Shown here: positions 25,693 to 36,798 of the stretch, in pieces
How the letters are laid out: every line of letters begins with the position of its first letter
Position numbering within the stretch: position 1 is the stretch's first letter
Source: Octopus sinensis
Lineage: Eukaryota
Length of the DNA: 64,000 nucleotides
NCBI RefSeq assembly: GCF_006345805.1
Contig: NC_043006.1
Coordinates: 64,914,001-64,978,000 of the forward strand
Direction of reading: 5' to 3'
Made by a program: the position numbers and the translations under genes
Notes under the pieces: generated by a model
Database searches by the model: none
Told to the model about the DNA's origin: nothing
The model's input: the letters and a program-made list of their open reading frames with translations, nothing else

Positions 25693-25782
25693 CTAACCTC
25701 AGTGGTGTCATCATCAACACAAGTGGCTGGGTGCGAGGTGGAGGTTATCAATCGCTAGTACATACAGCTGGAGCATTTGAAG
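25693..25782 (+). CDS. CLP1: CLP1 exon: [30 protein letters not shown]
   Basis: Matches human [27 protein letters not shown]; acceptor ctgtttcag, donor g|gtcagt. Confidence 0.96.
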
Positions 25783-27210
25783 GTCAGTCTATTAAAATAT
25801 ATTAATTTACCTATTGAAATTACTGGGTTCAATTTACTCAGCTACTTCTCTCCTTCACCAAATGAGCTTTATCTCCAGTCAAACTAAATCACTGTTGTTG
25901 TTGTTACTACTACTACAACAACTTATGTCATTGGGCAAAAATGCTTAGTGGTATTTCATCTGTTTTTTTTTTTTTATGTTCTGAGTTCAAATTCCACCAA
26001 GATCAACAACATTGCCTTTCATCTTTTTAGGGTCACTGAAATACGTATTAGTTGAGCACTAGGGTCGATATAATCGACTAACTCCCTTCTCCAAAATTTC
26101 TGGTTTTGTGCCAAAATCTGAATCATTGTTGTTATTGTCATCAACATCATTAGTAAAAGGTATTAGCTCTTGATCAAATAAGTCCTGATCTATAACAGGA
26201 ATCTATTTTGACTTCAACTTCATACTAATGTGTTCTGTGGAGGTGCAATGGCCCAGTGTTTAGGGAAGCAGACTTGCATTCATGGGATCACAGTTTCGAT
26301 TCCCAGACTGGGCATTGTGAGTGTTTATTGAGCGAAAACACCTAAAGCTCCGTGAGGCTCTGGCAGGGAGTAGTGGTGAACCCTGCTATACTCTTTCACC
26401 ACAACTTTCTCTCACTCTTTCTTCCTGTTTCTGTTGTACCTGTATTTCAAAGGGCCAGCCTTGTCACACTCTATGTCATGCTGAATCTCCCCGAGAACTA
26501 TTTTAAGGGTACTCGTGTCTGTGGAGTGCTCAGCCACTTGCACATTAAATTTCATGAGCAGGCTTTTCTGTCGATTGGATCAACTGGAATCCTTGTCGTT
26601 GTAGCCGACAGAGTGCCACGAATGTGATCTGAAAAAAAGACCAACATTAGGTTCCTGACAGCTGCAATTTTATCAGTTCTCTACTAGTCTAGCACCAATA
26701 GTGCATCAACCTTTTCCCTCAATTGAAGGATTGTTGTTTCTTGGGAAACTCTGGGCATAGCCAATACACAACTGAATAACTTACTCTGGAGGATTCAGCC
26801 TGGGGATTATGGACAGATTCCAGTTGCATGTAGGATGGACATGGCTGCCCATTTTGAGTAATGTTCTTTCTTTACTTTTTTTTCTTCTGTTTATGGCTGA
26901 GAGGACCTGGTGATCTTTCTCCATCTGATTGCGTATGGTGCTTGGTGAAAGTTGGAAGAACTAAAGGCAAGCGCTTTCTTTGTCGACCATGCTGCTATCA
27001 GCTTGAAAAAGTTTAACTTGGAGAGTGAAGTGAAGGTGGAAAGGAAGTGCTGCCTTCCATTGATTTTGCTAAAAGGCTGGTGAGACTGGTTACTGGGATG
27101 AATGAGCCTACTATCAGCATGTACCTGTCAGCCAGAGGAAAGTGCTTGTCCATGAAAGAATAATCCTGAATCTGTAAAGTTACCTTTATTAGCTTTAGTT
27201 GATTCTCCCT

Positions 27211-27362
27211 TTTCATTTCATCCCTGCTCATATACTCTTTCATTTCATTCCTGTTCGTATACTCTTTCATCCCTGCTCATATAGTCTTTCACTTCATCCC
27301 TGTTCACATACTCTTTCATCCCTGCTCATATACTCTTTCATTTCATTCCTGTTCGTATACTC
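27211..27362. repeat. Minisatellite, six units of 22 or 27 bp (tttca[tttca]tccctgctcatatactc)
   Basis: Units read directly as 27,27,22,27,22,27. Confidence 0.85.
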
Positions 27363-28804
27363 TTGTTTTCCAAAACTGTTTTATATATTCTTCCATAATT
27401 CATAATCTTTGCAATATGACTCCATCACAATTTTCTCATTTGTCCTCATAATGTCCACTTTCACTCTTGTGGCAAATAAATGAAATAATTTATTCTTTTC
27501 TAAGCTGGCTACATCAGTACAATAATTAGAAAACCATCAAGAGACTTTATAGTGTTAAATTTAATGATTTTTGGCTCAATCCATTGTAGTAGCTGTGGTC
27601 ATACTTCAGCATTGTTGCACTTTTTTTTTGAAAGCTTTTCTCAGAAAAATCATCCTGGGTCCTATATGCAAAGTTGGGCTTATATTACATGGAACCCTTT
27701 AGCATTCAGATCATTCTGTCAAGTGTAGCACTTATTTATTCACATTGTTTTGGAATTAATCATGCATTGTCTCGTAGCTTTGACATTTCAGTGATTTACT
27801 GGTTTAGTTTTAGAATGACATTGTAGGATAGATGTGAAAGGCTGGATTTGGTCAGTTTGAACATGAAATGGGTGGAATATTTTGGCTGGATGTGGCAGGT
27901 TTAACCTTAGTCATAATTTATGTTCCTAACACTAGCTTAATGATAACTAAGTTATTTTACTAAATTCTTTGAAAGAAACACAGAGCATCTCAAAATAAAT
28001 ACAGAGGATCAGAATCGAAATCGATCAATGGAAATTGCAGATGTGCTACCAGTGCCGGTGGCATGTAAGAGAACCATCCGTTCGCGACCGTTGCCCCGAC
28101 TGGCCTCGTGCCGGTGGCACATAAAAAGCACCATCCGTTCGTGGCCGTTTGCCAGCTCTGTCTGGCACCTGTGCGGGTGGCACGTAAAAAGCACCCACTA
28201 CACTCACGGAGTGGTTGGCGTTAGGAAGGGCATCCAGCCGTAGAAACACTGCCAGATCTGACTGGGCCCGATGAAGCCTTCTGGCTTCACAGACCCCAGT
28301 TGAACCGTCCAACCCATGCTAGCATGGAAAACGGACGCTAAACGATGATGATGATGCTGATGATGATGATAAAAGGGTTAATTGCACTAAAAAATGTTTT
28401 TGTGAATCTGCACCTCTGCAGTTGTGGTTCATCTAATATGCCTTTGCATCTTTTAGGTCTTTTAATATGGTAATTCATCATCATCATTTAATGTTTGTTC
28501 TCCATGCTGGCATGGGTTGGGCAGTTTGAATGGGCTGGCATGCTAGATAGCTGCACCAGGCTCCAGTTAGATTTGGCATGCTTTTCTACATCTGGATGCC
28601 CTTCCTAATGCCAACCACCCCGAGAGTGTAATGGGTGCTTTTACATGCCACCGGCATGGCTCCTATTTGTGTGACACCAGGGTGCGTTTATGTACCACTG
28701 GCACAGGTGCCTATTTGCGTGACACTGGTATCTGCCATGACTGTGATTTTGCTTGGTTTAATGGGTCTTCTCAAGCCTGACAAAATGTCAAAGGTCTCAA
28801 TCAT

Positions 28805-28960
28805 TGCCTCCGTGAGGCCCAACGCTTGAAAGGAGCTCAGCCACTTTGCCTCTGTGAGGCCCAATGCTCAAAAGGAACTCAGTCACTTTGCCTCCATGAG
28901 GCCCAGTGCTCTAAAGGAACTCAGTCACTTTGCCTCCGTAAGGCCCAACATTCGAAAGGC
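28805..28960. repeat. ~41-bp tandem repeat derived from the RTE 3'UTR
   Basis: cactttgcctcc.tgaggccca..gct.aaaaggaactcagt repeated about 4 times; reverse complement of the units at 22790-22970. Confidence 0.65.
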
Positions 28961-29035
28961 ATTCTTATTAATTATTTTATTAGAACATTGTTGTGGTCAC
29001 TCACACATCATACCATTTTTCTTATCTATTTGCAG

Positions 29036-29136
29036 TGGACATCATAGCAGTGTTAGACCAAGAGAGATTGTACAATGAATTGGTGCGAGATATGCCAGAC
29101 TTCGTGAAAGTTATCCTGCTGCCAAAATCTGGAGGG
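29036..29136 (+). CDS. CLP1: CLP1 exon: [34 protein letters not shown]
   Basis: [10 protein letters not shown] and LLPKSGG motifs; acceptor tttgcag, donor ggg|gtaagg. Confidence 0.97.
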
Positions 29137-29765
29137 GTAAGGAATCAAGACCTTTTTCTCACATTTTACCCACCCCTCAAACTATTAGCTGTTTTATACA
29201 CACACAGACACGGCTATGTAAAGAAGCTTGCTTCAGAACTATGTGATCTTGAGTTCAGTCCCACTGCACAGCACCTTGGGTAAGGGTCTTCTTCTACAAT
29301 AGCCCTGGGCTGACCTAAATTTTGTGAGTGGATTTTGTAAACAGAAACTGAAAGAAGCCTATTGTGTATTTGTGTGTACCCTTGTCTAGATGTCACATGA
29401 TGAAAATTATGAAAGATTGCTGTGTATGTGTGTGTTTATGTCTTTGCATTTGTCCTCCTTCCACTGCTTGACAACTATCATTGGATTGTTTACATCTCTG
29501 TAACATAGCAGTTCAGTAAAAGGGTATTGATAGAATAAGTTCTGGAGTCAATTTGTGCAACTAAGACTGCCTTCAAGGTGGTGCCCCAGCATGGCCACAG
29601 TCCATTGATTGAAACAAGTAAAAGATAAAAGATAAATTATTAAGTCAATAAATTAGAAATGAACATAACCTAAAAGGCGGTGCTACAGTGTGGCCGCAGT
29701 CAAATGACTGAAACAAATTAAAGAATATATATATAATGTGCATGTTAATATTTTGTTGTTATTAG

Positions 29766-29904
29766 GTTGTTGAGAGAAACGCCCACAGCAGAACAGAAAG
29801 CCGAGACAGCAAAATCAGGGAATATTTCTATGGAATCAGAAACACATACTTTCCTCATTCGTTTGAAGTGAAGTTCACTGATGTCAAAATTTACAAAATA
29901 GGGG
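29766..29904 (+). CDS. CLP1: CLP1 exon: [46 protein letters not shown]
   Basis: Lid region RxxxRDxxIREYFYG; acceptor ttattag, donor g|gtgagt. Confidence 0.96.
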
Positions 29905-31436
29905 GTGAGTATTCTTTTACTTTTTCTCTTTGTCGTAGGTGTGGCTGTATGATAAAAGGTTGCTTTCCCAACCACATGATTTCAAGTTCAGTCCCACTCA
30001 TGACACCTTGGGCAAGTGTCTTCTACTACAGCCTCAGGCTGACCAAATCCTTGCGAATGGATTTAGTAGATGGAAACTGAAAGAAAAACATTTGTATGTG
30101 TGTGTCTGTTTGTTTCCCACCTCCGTTTGACAACCAGTATTGGTGTGTTTATGTCCCTGTAACCTAGTGGTTTGCCAAAAGGCACTGATAGAATAAGTAC
30201 CTGGCTTTCAAAAAAATAAGCATTGGTATTGATTCGTTTGACTAAAGGTGGTTGCCCCAGCATGATTAAAACAAGTAAAAGATTGTCAGTTAATCAGCTC
30301 AGCTTTAGCAGTTGTTGTTTAACCCCAGGTCTACCTTGATCATGCACACCTATAGTCAGAGGTGTCATGATCCGTCCTATTTTTTATCAAGACTTGGAGT
30401 AGGAGTACTACTGCAGTATACAATATATCATCCCTTTTTTTTAATTCTTATTTCAGTGTATGTTGTAAGCCTAAAAATGAAAAAGTTATTTTAGTAAACC
30501 CCTTCAAATTCTTAGTTATTTTCAAACCTCAAATAGTCAGTGTGTTTCATTAAATAATATGCTCACAAAAGGGTTCAATGATTCTGCTGACCATATAGTT
30601 AAAAATAAATTAGAAATAACTGCTGTTGCCTTGAGATAAGTTTGGGGTCCAATTTTCCATACTCTTAGCAATATGGTTTGATATGAACCTACAGGGGTAC
30701 TTCTCTAAGATCGGGGCCAAACAACGATGATGTGGTTTGGTATATTTTATTATTTCTGTACAAATGTCTTATGCTAAAGACAATTTGCCAACATAATGTG
30801 ACTGTCCTGGAAGGGACAACTGCTACTATTGTTTTGCCCCAGGAAACATTATTTCCAGCTGGCTATATAGCACAATATCTGTGTCATATTTTCAAACAGG
30901 GAGTCTAGCACCCCACCCCACTCCAGTCCAAAACAACATCTGTGGACTGGTTTCAGGGTAATTGTTCTTTATCAATACAGAATAACTGCTTGGCTAGGTG
31001 GCGTTGCCGAATTCACTGTTCGAAAATATATATTTTTCAAAGTGACACATAGTCACTGATCTAATAAAAGAGAAACATTATTATTTCTAAATCTCTCAGA
31101 AAGAGATATTCAGTAACAGTTCTTTAAAGTAAAGGCTGTTTGCCAACATAATGTGGCTGTCCTGGAAGGGACAACTGCTTCTGATGTTTAACCCCGAGAA
31201 ACATCGTTTTCAGCTGGCTTATAAGACACAATATCTGTGTCCTTATATTGCCTTATAAGGACACAGATATGAAAAGCCATTCCAATTAGATAAAACAAAC
31301 TCAGCAGTGTACTGCTGACCTAGGAGCTAAATACTTGATAATTTGAAGGAATTTGTTAAAATAGTAACTTATTGATTTGACAACCCTGTATAGTTTTGCA
31401 TAAGACAATTATTCTCTCTTTCCCTCTGTCTTTTAG

Positions 31437-31517
31437 GCCCACATTTACCTGATTCTTGTTTACCATTGGGAATGAAATCACAAGACAGTAAGACAAAACT
31501 TGTTCCCGTTCAACCAG
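31437..31517 (+). CDS. CLP1: CLP1 exon: GPHLPDSCLPLGMKSQDSKTKLVPVQP
   Basis: PDSCLPLGM motif; acceptor ctgtcttttag, donor g|gtaatt. Confidence 0.96.
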
Positions 31518-32864
31518 GTAATTTCTCACTCTTTCTCTTTCTCTGCTTTTCTGTCTCCACCTCTCTCTTTTTCTCTCTCTTTCTCTTTTCTCTCTCTCTG
31601 CCTTTCTGTCACTATCTCTTTCTCCCCCATCTCTCTCTCTCCTGTGTTATTGAAATCAGATGTTTTCCCACATTCTCTGGAAGGTCAGCAGTTTTATGGG
31701 GAGAGAGAGATTAGTCAATTACATCCATCCCAGTACTTGCCTGGTACTTTATTTTGACCCCCAGATGAATGAAAGACAAAGCTTACCCTAGCAGCAACTG
31801 AACTCGGGACATAAAAGTTAGAAAAGATACATGAAGATCTCTCTTCCAACTGTTTACATTCAACTTTGCCATTCATCTTTCTGGGGTCGATAAAATAAAA
31901 TACCAGTCAAGTACAGGGGTCAGTGGTGACACTTGTCTCATCATCATCATCATCGATTAACGTCCGTTTTCCATTTGACAGTTTGACTGAGGACTGGCAA
32001 GCCAGGAGGCTGCACCAGGCTCCAATCTGATCTGGCAAGGTTTCTACTGCTGGATGCCCTTCCTAACGCCAACCACTCCAAGAGTGTAGTGGGTACTTTT
32101 TATGTGCCACCAGCACAGGAGCCAGTCAGGCAGCACTGGCAATCACCATGCTCGAATGGTCCTTTTACATGGCACAGGACCAGTCAGGAGGCAATGGCAT
32201 TGACTACACTCAAATGGTGTTTTTTACGTGCCAATCAGGTGGTAGTGGCATCTCTTCTCCTAAAAACTACAGGCTTTGTGTCTGAATCAGAAACCATAAT
32301 TTAAAGGCAAAATGCTGGACAAAATGCTTGCCGGTGTTTCTGTTACTTTAAACTCTTTATGTTGTGAGTTCAAATTCTGCCAATGTCAACCTTGCCTTTG
32401 GTGCAGGAGTGGCTGTGTGGTAAGAAACTTGCTTACCAACCACATGGTTCTGGGCAAGTGTCTTCTACTGGAGCCTCAGACTGACCAAAGCATAGTGAGT
32501 GGATTTGGTAGATGGAAACTGAAAAATGCCTGTGTGATTGTGTGTCTATGTTTGTCCCCCACCATCGCTTGACAACTGAAGTTGGTGTGGTTACGTCTCC
32601 GTAAATTAGTTCAGCAAAAAAAAAAGTCACCGCTAGAATAAGTACTAGGCTTCCAAAGAATAAGTCCTGGGGGTCGATTTGTTCAACTAAATGTGGTGCT
32701 CCAATATGGCCACAGTCAAAATGACAAACAAATACAAGAATATGAAAAAAGAGTAAGAGAATATCCCTCTGGGATCAATAAAATAAAATACCAGTCAAGT
32801 ATTGGGGTTGATGGTACTGACTATCCACTTCTTCCTAAAATTGCTGGCCTTGTGACAAAATTTG

Positions 32865-33050
32865 AAAACCAGGCGGAGGTAGTGTTTCCAGTCGTGTTTG
32901 TTTGTCTGTGGACAAGATATCTCAAGAACCACTGGATAGATTTGGATGAAACTTTCAGGGATAATTTGGCCTCGTGACTGACACAAACTGATTAGATTTT
33001 GGGATTGATCTGGTACTGGACAAGGGTTCTGGATTATTTTCTATATTTTC
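32865..33050 (+). mobile_element. Possible DINE-1/Helentron-like non-autonomous element fragment
   Basis: ggcggaggtagtgttt..(tgtt)n ctgt...gatttggatgaaacttt layout resembles HINE/DINE-1 elements. Confidence 0.3.
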
Positions 33051-33250
33051 TTTACATGTATATGTAAAGTTTCACATAATTCTCTTGTACACACACATAC
33101 ATACACATATATACTCAGGCTTCAAATGCCGTTTATTGGCTTTTTCACTCCTTCCTTCATTACTCATCTGTCATCCCTTCCTTTCTCATTCATACAACGC
33201 TCTCTTTGCCATTTATCTCCTCTGCCTTCACCTCTCACTCTGGCTCTATG

Positions 33251-33254
<4 letters not shown>

Positions 33255-33287
<33 letters not shown>
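33255..33287. repeat. (TA)n microsatellite; others include (CA)n 4348-4376, (GA)n 57116-57143 and (AAT)n 52566-52612, 53363-53404
   Basis: Read directly. Confidence 0.9.
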
Positions 33288-33293
<6 letters not shown>

Positions 33294-33630
33294 ACTCACA
33301 AATATATAAAAGGACACTGCTCATTATTATATTAGGAGATTATACATACATTTTAATACTTTACAATATACTTACATATATACATAATTCTATACATCGA
33401 TCTAAAACAACAGGATTGATTACTAAAGGAAGAACGGAATTTAAGAGAAGAGAAAATCAAAAGATCTCATGATATTTATTGAAGGATTTTATTTCAGATA
33501 TTCTCATTTTGAATATTATCTCCAGTTAACCGTTGAGAGGATGTTGATGTTGCATTGGCAGATGTTTGCGCTCTTTGAGTGCTCTTGTTTATTTATGTAT
33601 TATGTATTTATTCATTGAATCTCTTTTCAG

Positions 33631-33721
33631 GTGTGAACTTAATGCATCATGTGTTAAGTATGAGTGCAGCCACAAGTTTAGAAAAACTAGTCGAAGTGAA
33701 TGTGCTGGGATTTGTAGTTGT
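33631..33721 (+). CDS. CLP1: CLP1 exon: GVNLMHHVLSMSAATSLEKLVEVNVLGFVV
   Basis: Matches human GRDMVHHLLSVS...VAGFIVV; acceptor ctcttttcag, donor gt|gtaagt. Confidence 0.94.
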
Positions 33722-34881
33722 GTAAGTACATCTAATTACAACAGCTCTGAGTGTGTGTGTGTGAATGTTTTTTTTTTTATGTTCAGTTATAATGAAAACA
33801 ATTTTACATTAATCTGATGGGTTATACTATGCTTTTGTAGAGTACAGGCTTATTATTCTTAAACAAGAATATTACTAACAGTGACTTTGAACACTTTAAC
33901 AGGCAGTCTGACAATGGCTTCTTAACTGGCCAAAACTTCGATGTTACTCTCAATAATATTTTTCATTTAAGAGGCTGTGCAGACACAGGAGTGTCTCTTT
34001 TACTCTTTTACTTGTTTCAGTCATTTGACTGTGGCCATGCTGGAGCACCGCCTTTAATCGAGCAACTCGACCCCGGGACTTATTCTTTTGTAAGCCCAGT
34101 ACTTATTCTATCGGTCTCTTTTTGCCGAACTGCTAAGTAATGGGGACATAAACACACCAGCATCAGTTGTCAAGCAATGTTAGGGGGACAAACACAGACA
34201 CACAAACACACACATACATATATATGAGGATCAGAATCGAAATCGATCAATGGAAATTGCAGATGTGTTACCAGTGCCGGTGGCATGTAAGAGAACTTTC
34301 CGTTTCACGACCGTTGCCAGCACCGCCCCGTTTCGTGTCCGTTGCCAGCCTCGCCTGGCCCTCGTGCCGGTGGCACATAAAAAGCACCATCCGTTCGTGG
34401 CCGTTTGCCAGCTCTGTCTGGCACCAGTGCGTGTGGCACGTAAAAAGCACCCACTACACTCACGGAGTGGTTGGCGTTAGGAAGGGCATCCAGCCGTAGA
34501 AACACTGCCAGATTTGACTGGGCCTGATGAAGCCTTCTGGCTTCACAGACCCCAGTAGAACCGTCCAACCCATGCTAGCATGGAAAACGGACGCTAAACG
34601 ATGATGATGATGATGATGACGACGGGCTTCTTTCAGTTTCCGTCTACCAAATCCACTCACAAGGCTTTGGTCGGCCCGAGGCTATAGTAGAAGACATTTG
34701 CCCAAGGTGCCACGCAGTGGGACTGAACCCGGAACCATGTGGTTGGTAAACAAGCTACTTACCACACAGCCACTCCTGCGCCTGTCTGTGTGGTATTAAA
34801 ATCTAACTTGTATCTATTTAATAGCTGAACCATAAAAAGGGCTCGAAACTGAAATTTTTATCATTGTTTTTTATATTTCAG

Positions 34882-34993
34882 AACCAATGTTGATGCTGAC
34901 CGTCAAGTGTTTACAGTGCTGGCGCCAGCTCCTCGACCACTACCCAAAACTTACTTACTACAGATGGACATACAATTCCTTGATATAAAATAA
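34882..34993 (+). CDS. CLP1: CLP1 last coding exon: [37 protein letters not shown]
   Basis: Matches the human C-terminus [37 protein letters not shown]; stop TAA at 34991-34993. Confidence 0.96.
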
Positions 34994-35109
34994 CCAGAAC
35001 AGACATCTTTTATTTATTTTTTGAAAATGAAAGACAATTATTTTTTTATGCCCCCCACCCTCCCTCATTCATGTATATATTGCTATGCATATTTATTTTT
35101 AATTCCAGC

Positions 35110-35115
35110 AATAAA
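35110..35115 (+). terminator. Candidate CLP1 polyadenylation signal AATAAA
   Basis: Canonical hexamer ~115 nt after the stop codon, followed by U/GU-rich sequence. Confidence 0.5.
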
Positions 35116-35431
35116 TATTCTTTTTAAGGTTTTAAATCAGTGTTTCATGTTCTATTTTAATTTTAAAAGTATTCTCAATGTTGTATTTCAGTTTGTTCTA
35201 AATACTTGAGTCACAGGACATGCTTTAGAATTACAGCTACAACCCAACCAACAGTCTTACACATTGTTTCCATTCTTCCCCAATTTCACCTATATGACTT
35301 TAATCAGCCCAGGCCATAGTAAATACCAACATGTCATGCAGTATGATTGAACTCGGGACCCTATTACATTGATATAAACAGTCTAGATATTCTGGATAAC
35401 AGCAATGCCCTTTATTTAAAAAAAAAAAAAA

Positions 35432-35492
35432 TAGCACCCGGTGGAATTGAACCACCAACAACTGAATCATCAACTGTTTCACCAGAGATGCT
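35432..35492 (-). ncRNA. 61-nt tRNA-like (D-armless, mascRNA-like) element followed by a T14 tract
   Basis: Manual fold: 7-bp acceptor AGCATCT/GGGTGCT, discriminator A, perfect T-arm GGTGG-TTCAATT-CCACC, and 8-bp hairpin AACAGTTG/CAGTTGTT. A-box-like TGGTGAAACAG and B-box GGTTCAATTCC are present. Confidence 0.5.
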
Positions 35493-35527
35493 GCACAATA
35501 TATTTAAAGGATATTGGTCACCAGAAT

Positions 35528-35766
35528 ATAAATTGTCTTAACCCTTTCGTTACTGAATTTATTTTGAGATGCTCAGTGTTTCTTCCAATTATGTTAAATA
35601 TAACAAAGAATTAAGTAAAATAACATCGTTATCATTAAGCTAGAGTTAGGAACATAAATTGTGACTAAGGTTTGGTGGAAGGTTTTAATTCAGAACTTTT
35701 GAAAACCAGACATTTGTACTAAAGAGCCAGAGCCAGTTTCAGTCGGGTTGGTAACAAAAGGGTTAA
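35528..35766. mobile_element. piggyBac-like MITE (TTAA-ccctttcgttac ... gtaacaaaaggg-TTAA); related copies 21785-22311 and 27900-28382, both interrupted
   Basis: Terminal inverted repeats with TTAA flanks; shared internal sequence among copies. Confidence 0.75.
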
Positions 35767-35894
35767 TGAACTTGTTCACAACCCCTCTTTGTATGTGAAG
35801 TGGAATATTTAATCTAAATGCATCTGTTAGCTTGTCCCTTTCAACAAAGAAATCAATTCACTTGCTCTCTGTTGAACTGTGCCTTTTCTTTGTC

Positions 35895-36025
35895 CTTTCA
35901 ACAGCTGCTATTACAAAGGACGTTGCGCTAGCCAACCATCTGATTGTATAAGACCTGCACTCCCACCTAAACCTTTTGTTTCACTCGATTCTCCTCCATT
36001 TACTACTGCTATTCCTGACTCTTAA
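35895..36025 (+). mobile_element. CR1/L2-type LINE C-terminal remnant
   Basis: CYYKGRCASQPSDCIRP...SPPFTTAIP resembles the CR1 motif YY.G.CS.EL...IPP......HPFTV.IP. Confidence 0.5.
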
Positions 36026-36605
36026 TAACCAAATGACCATTTAAACCAGCCACATCAGGCTGAAATATTCTGTCTTATGGTCGTACTGACCAGATCTGGC
36101 CTCTCACACCTACCTTACAATGTCATTCTAAAAATAAACAATCATATCACTGAAATCTTGAAGCTACAAGATAATGCATGTTGCACGGCCAATCAACTGA
36201 CCTGTGAAATTTTCTCCCTAAACATTCAACTCTATTAATTAATCTTATCTGACCTCCAGCCCGTATCCCTATTAGTCCAGTTTAGGGTATTTTGGACAAA
36301 GATCACATTATCCTTCACTGATTTGTCTTTAGGCCTGATCTAAGTGACATTTAACATACCCAGTTCTTTGTTGATGTGAGACTGTCGGGTCATATGGACT
36401 TTGTACTTAGCAAGGAAGATAAAAGCATTTTTCATCAGTTTAAATGACACCACTAATGAAATGTCATCAGCATCAATGACTAAGTTTTTTCAAGATGCAT
36501 ATGTATGTATACGTATTTATATTTCACATAGGCATACTAACCAGTTGTTAGAGCTGAATGCAAATATGCTTTAGGATAAAGCATTTGGTAAGTACAGAGC
36601 ATTAT

Positions 36606-36798
36606 ATTAATGAATGACAAGGGAACAGAAATCATGTACTTAACTTCATTAGCTTACAGCTGTTTCTGTTCTAAGAAGCAGTGCACTCAGAGCTGAGTGC
36701 TTGTGTAACATCCTATGGCTTCTTTGGAGCCATTAGAATGTAGACTGTTAGTCAGTAAAGTTGATTACGTGATTTCTGTTTCCTTGTCATTCATTAAT
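36606..36798. mobile_element. MITE with 41-bp TIRs in TA-rich flanks
   Basis: attaatgaatgacaagggaacagaaatcatgtacttaactt versus the reverse complement of 36758-36798 (4 mismatches). Confidence 0.7.

Noticed and set aside
27211-28960. CRISPR-like or prokaryotic repeat arrays
   Set aside because: The tandem units have no unique spacers and the window is clearly eukaryotic; these are a minisatellite and RTE-derived repeats.
35905-36023. Alternative CLP1 last exon (phase-2 compatible, PALPPKP motif), or a minus-strand last exon
   Set aside because: The peptide matches the CR1/L2 ORF2 C-terminal pattern, so a LINE remnant is more parsimonious; exonisation cannot be excluded without RNA data.
36359-36480. 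Minus-strand exon IDADDISLVVSFKLMKNAF...KEL
   Set aside because: Weak acceptor, phase incompatible with the 37819 exon, and another frame shows TDEKCFYL resembling a mariner DDD motif; likely a transposon remnant.
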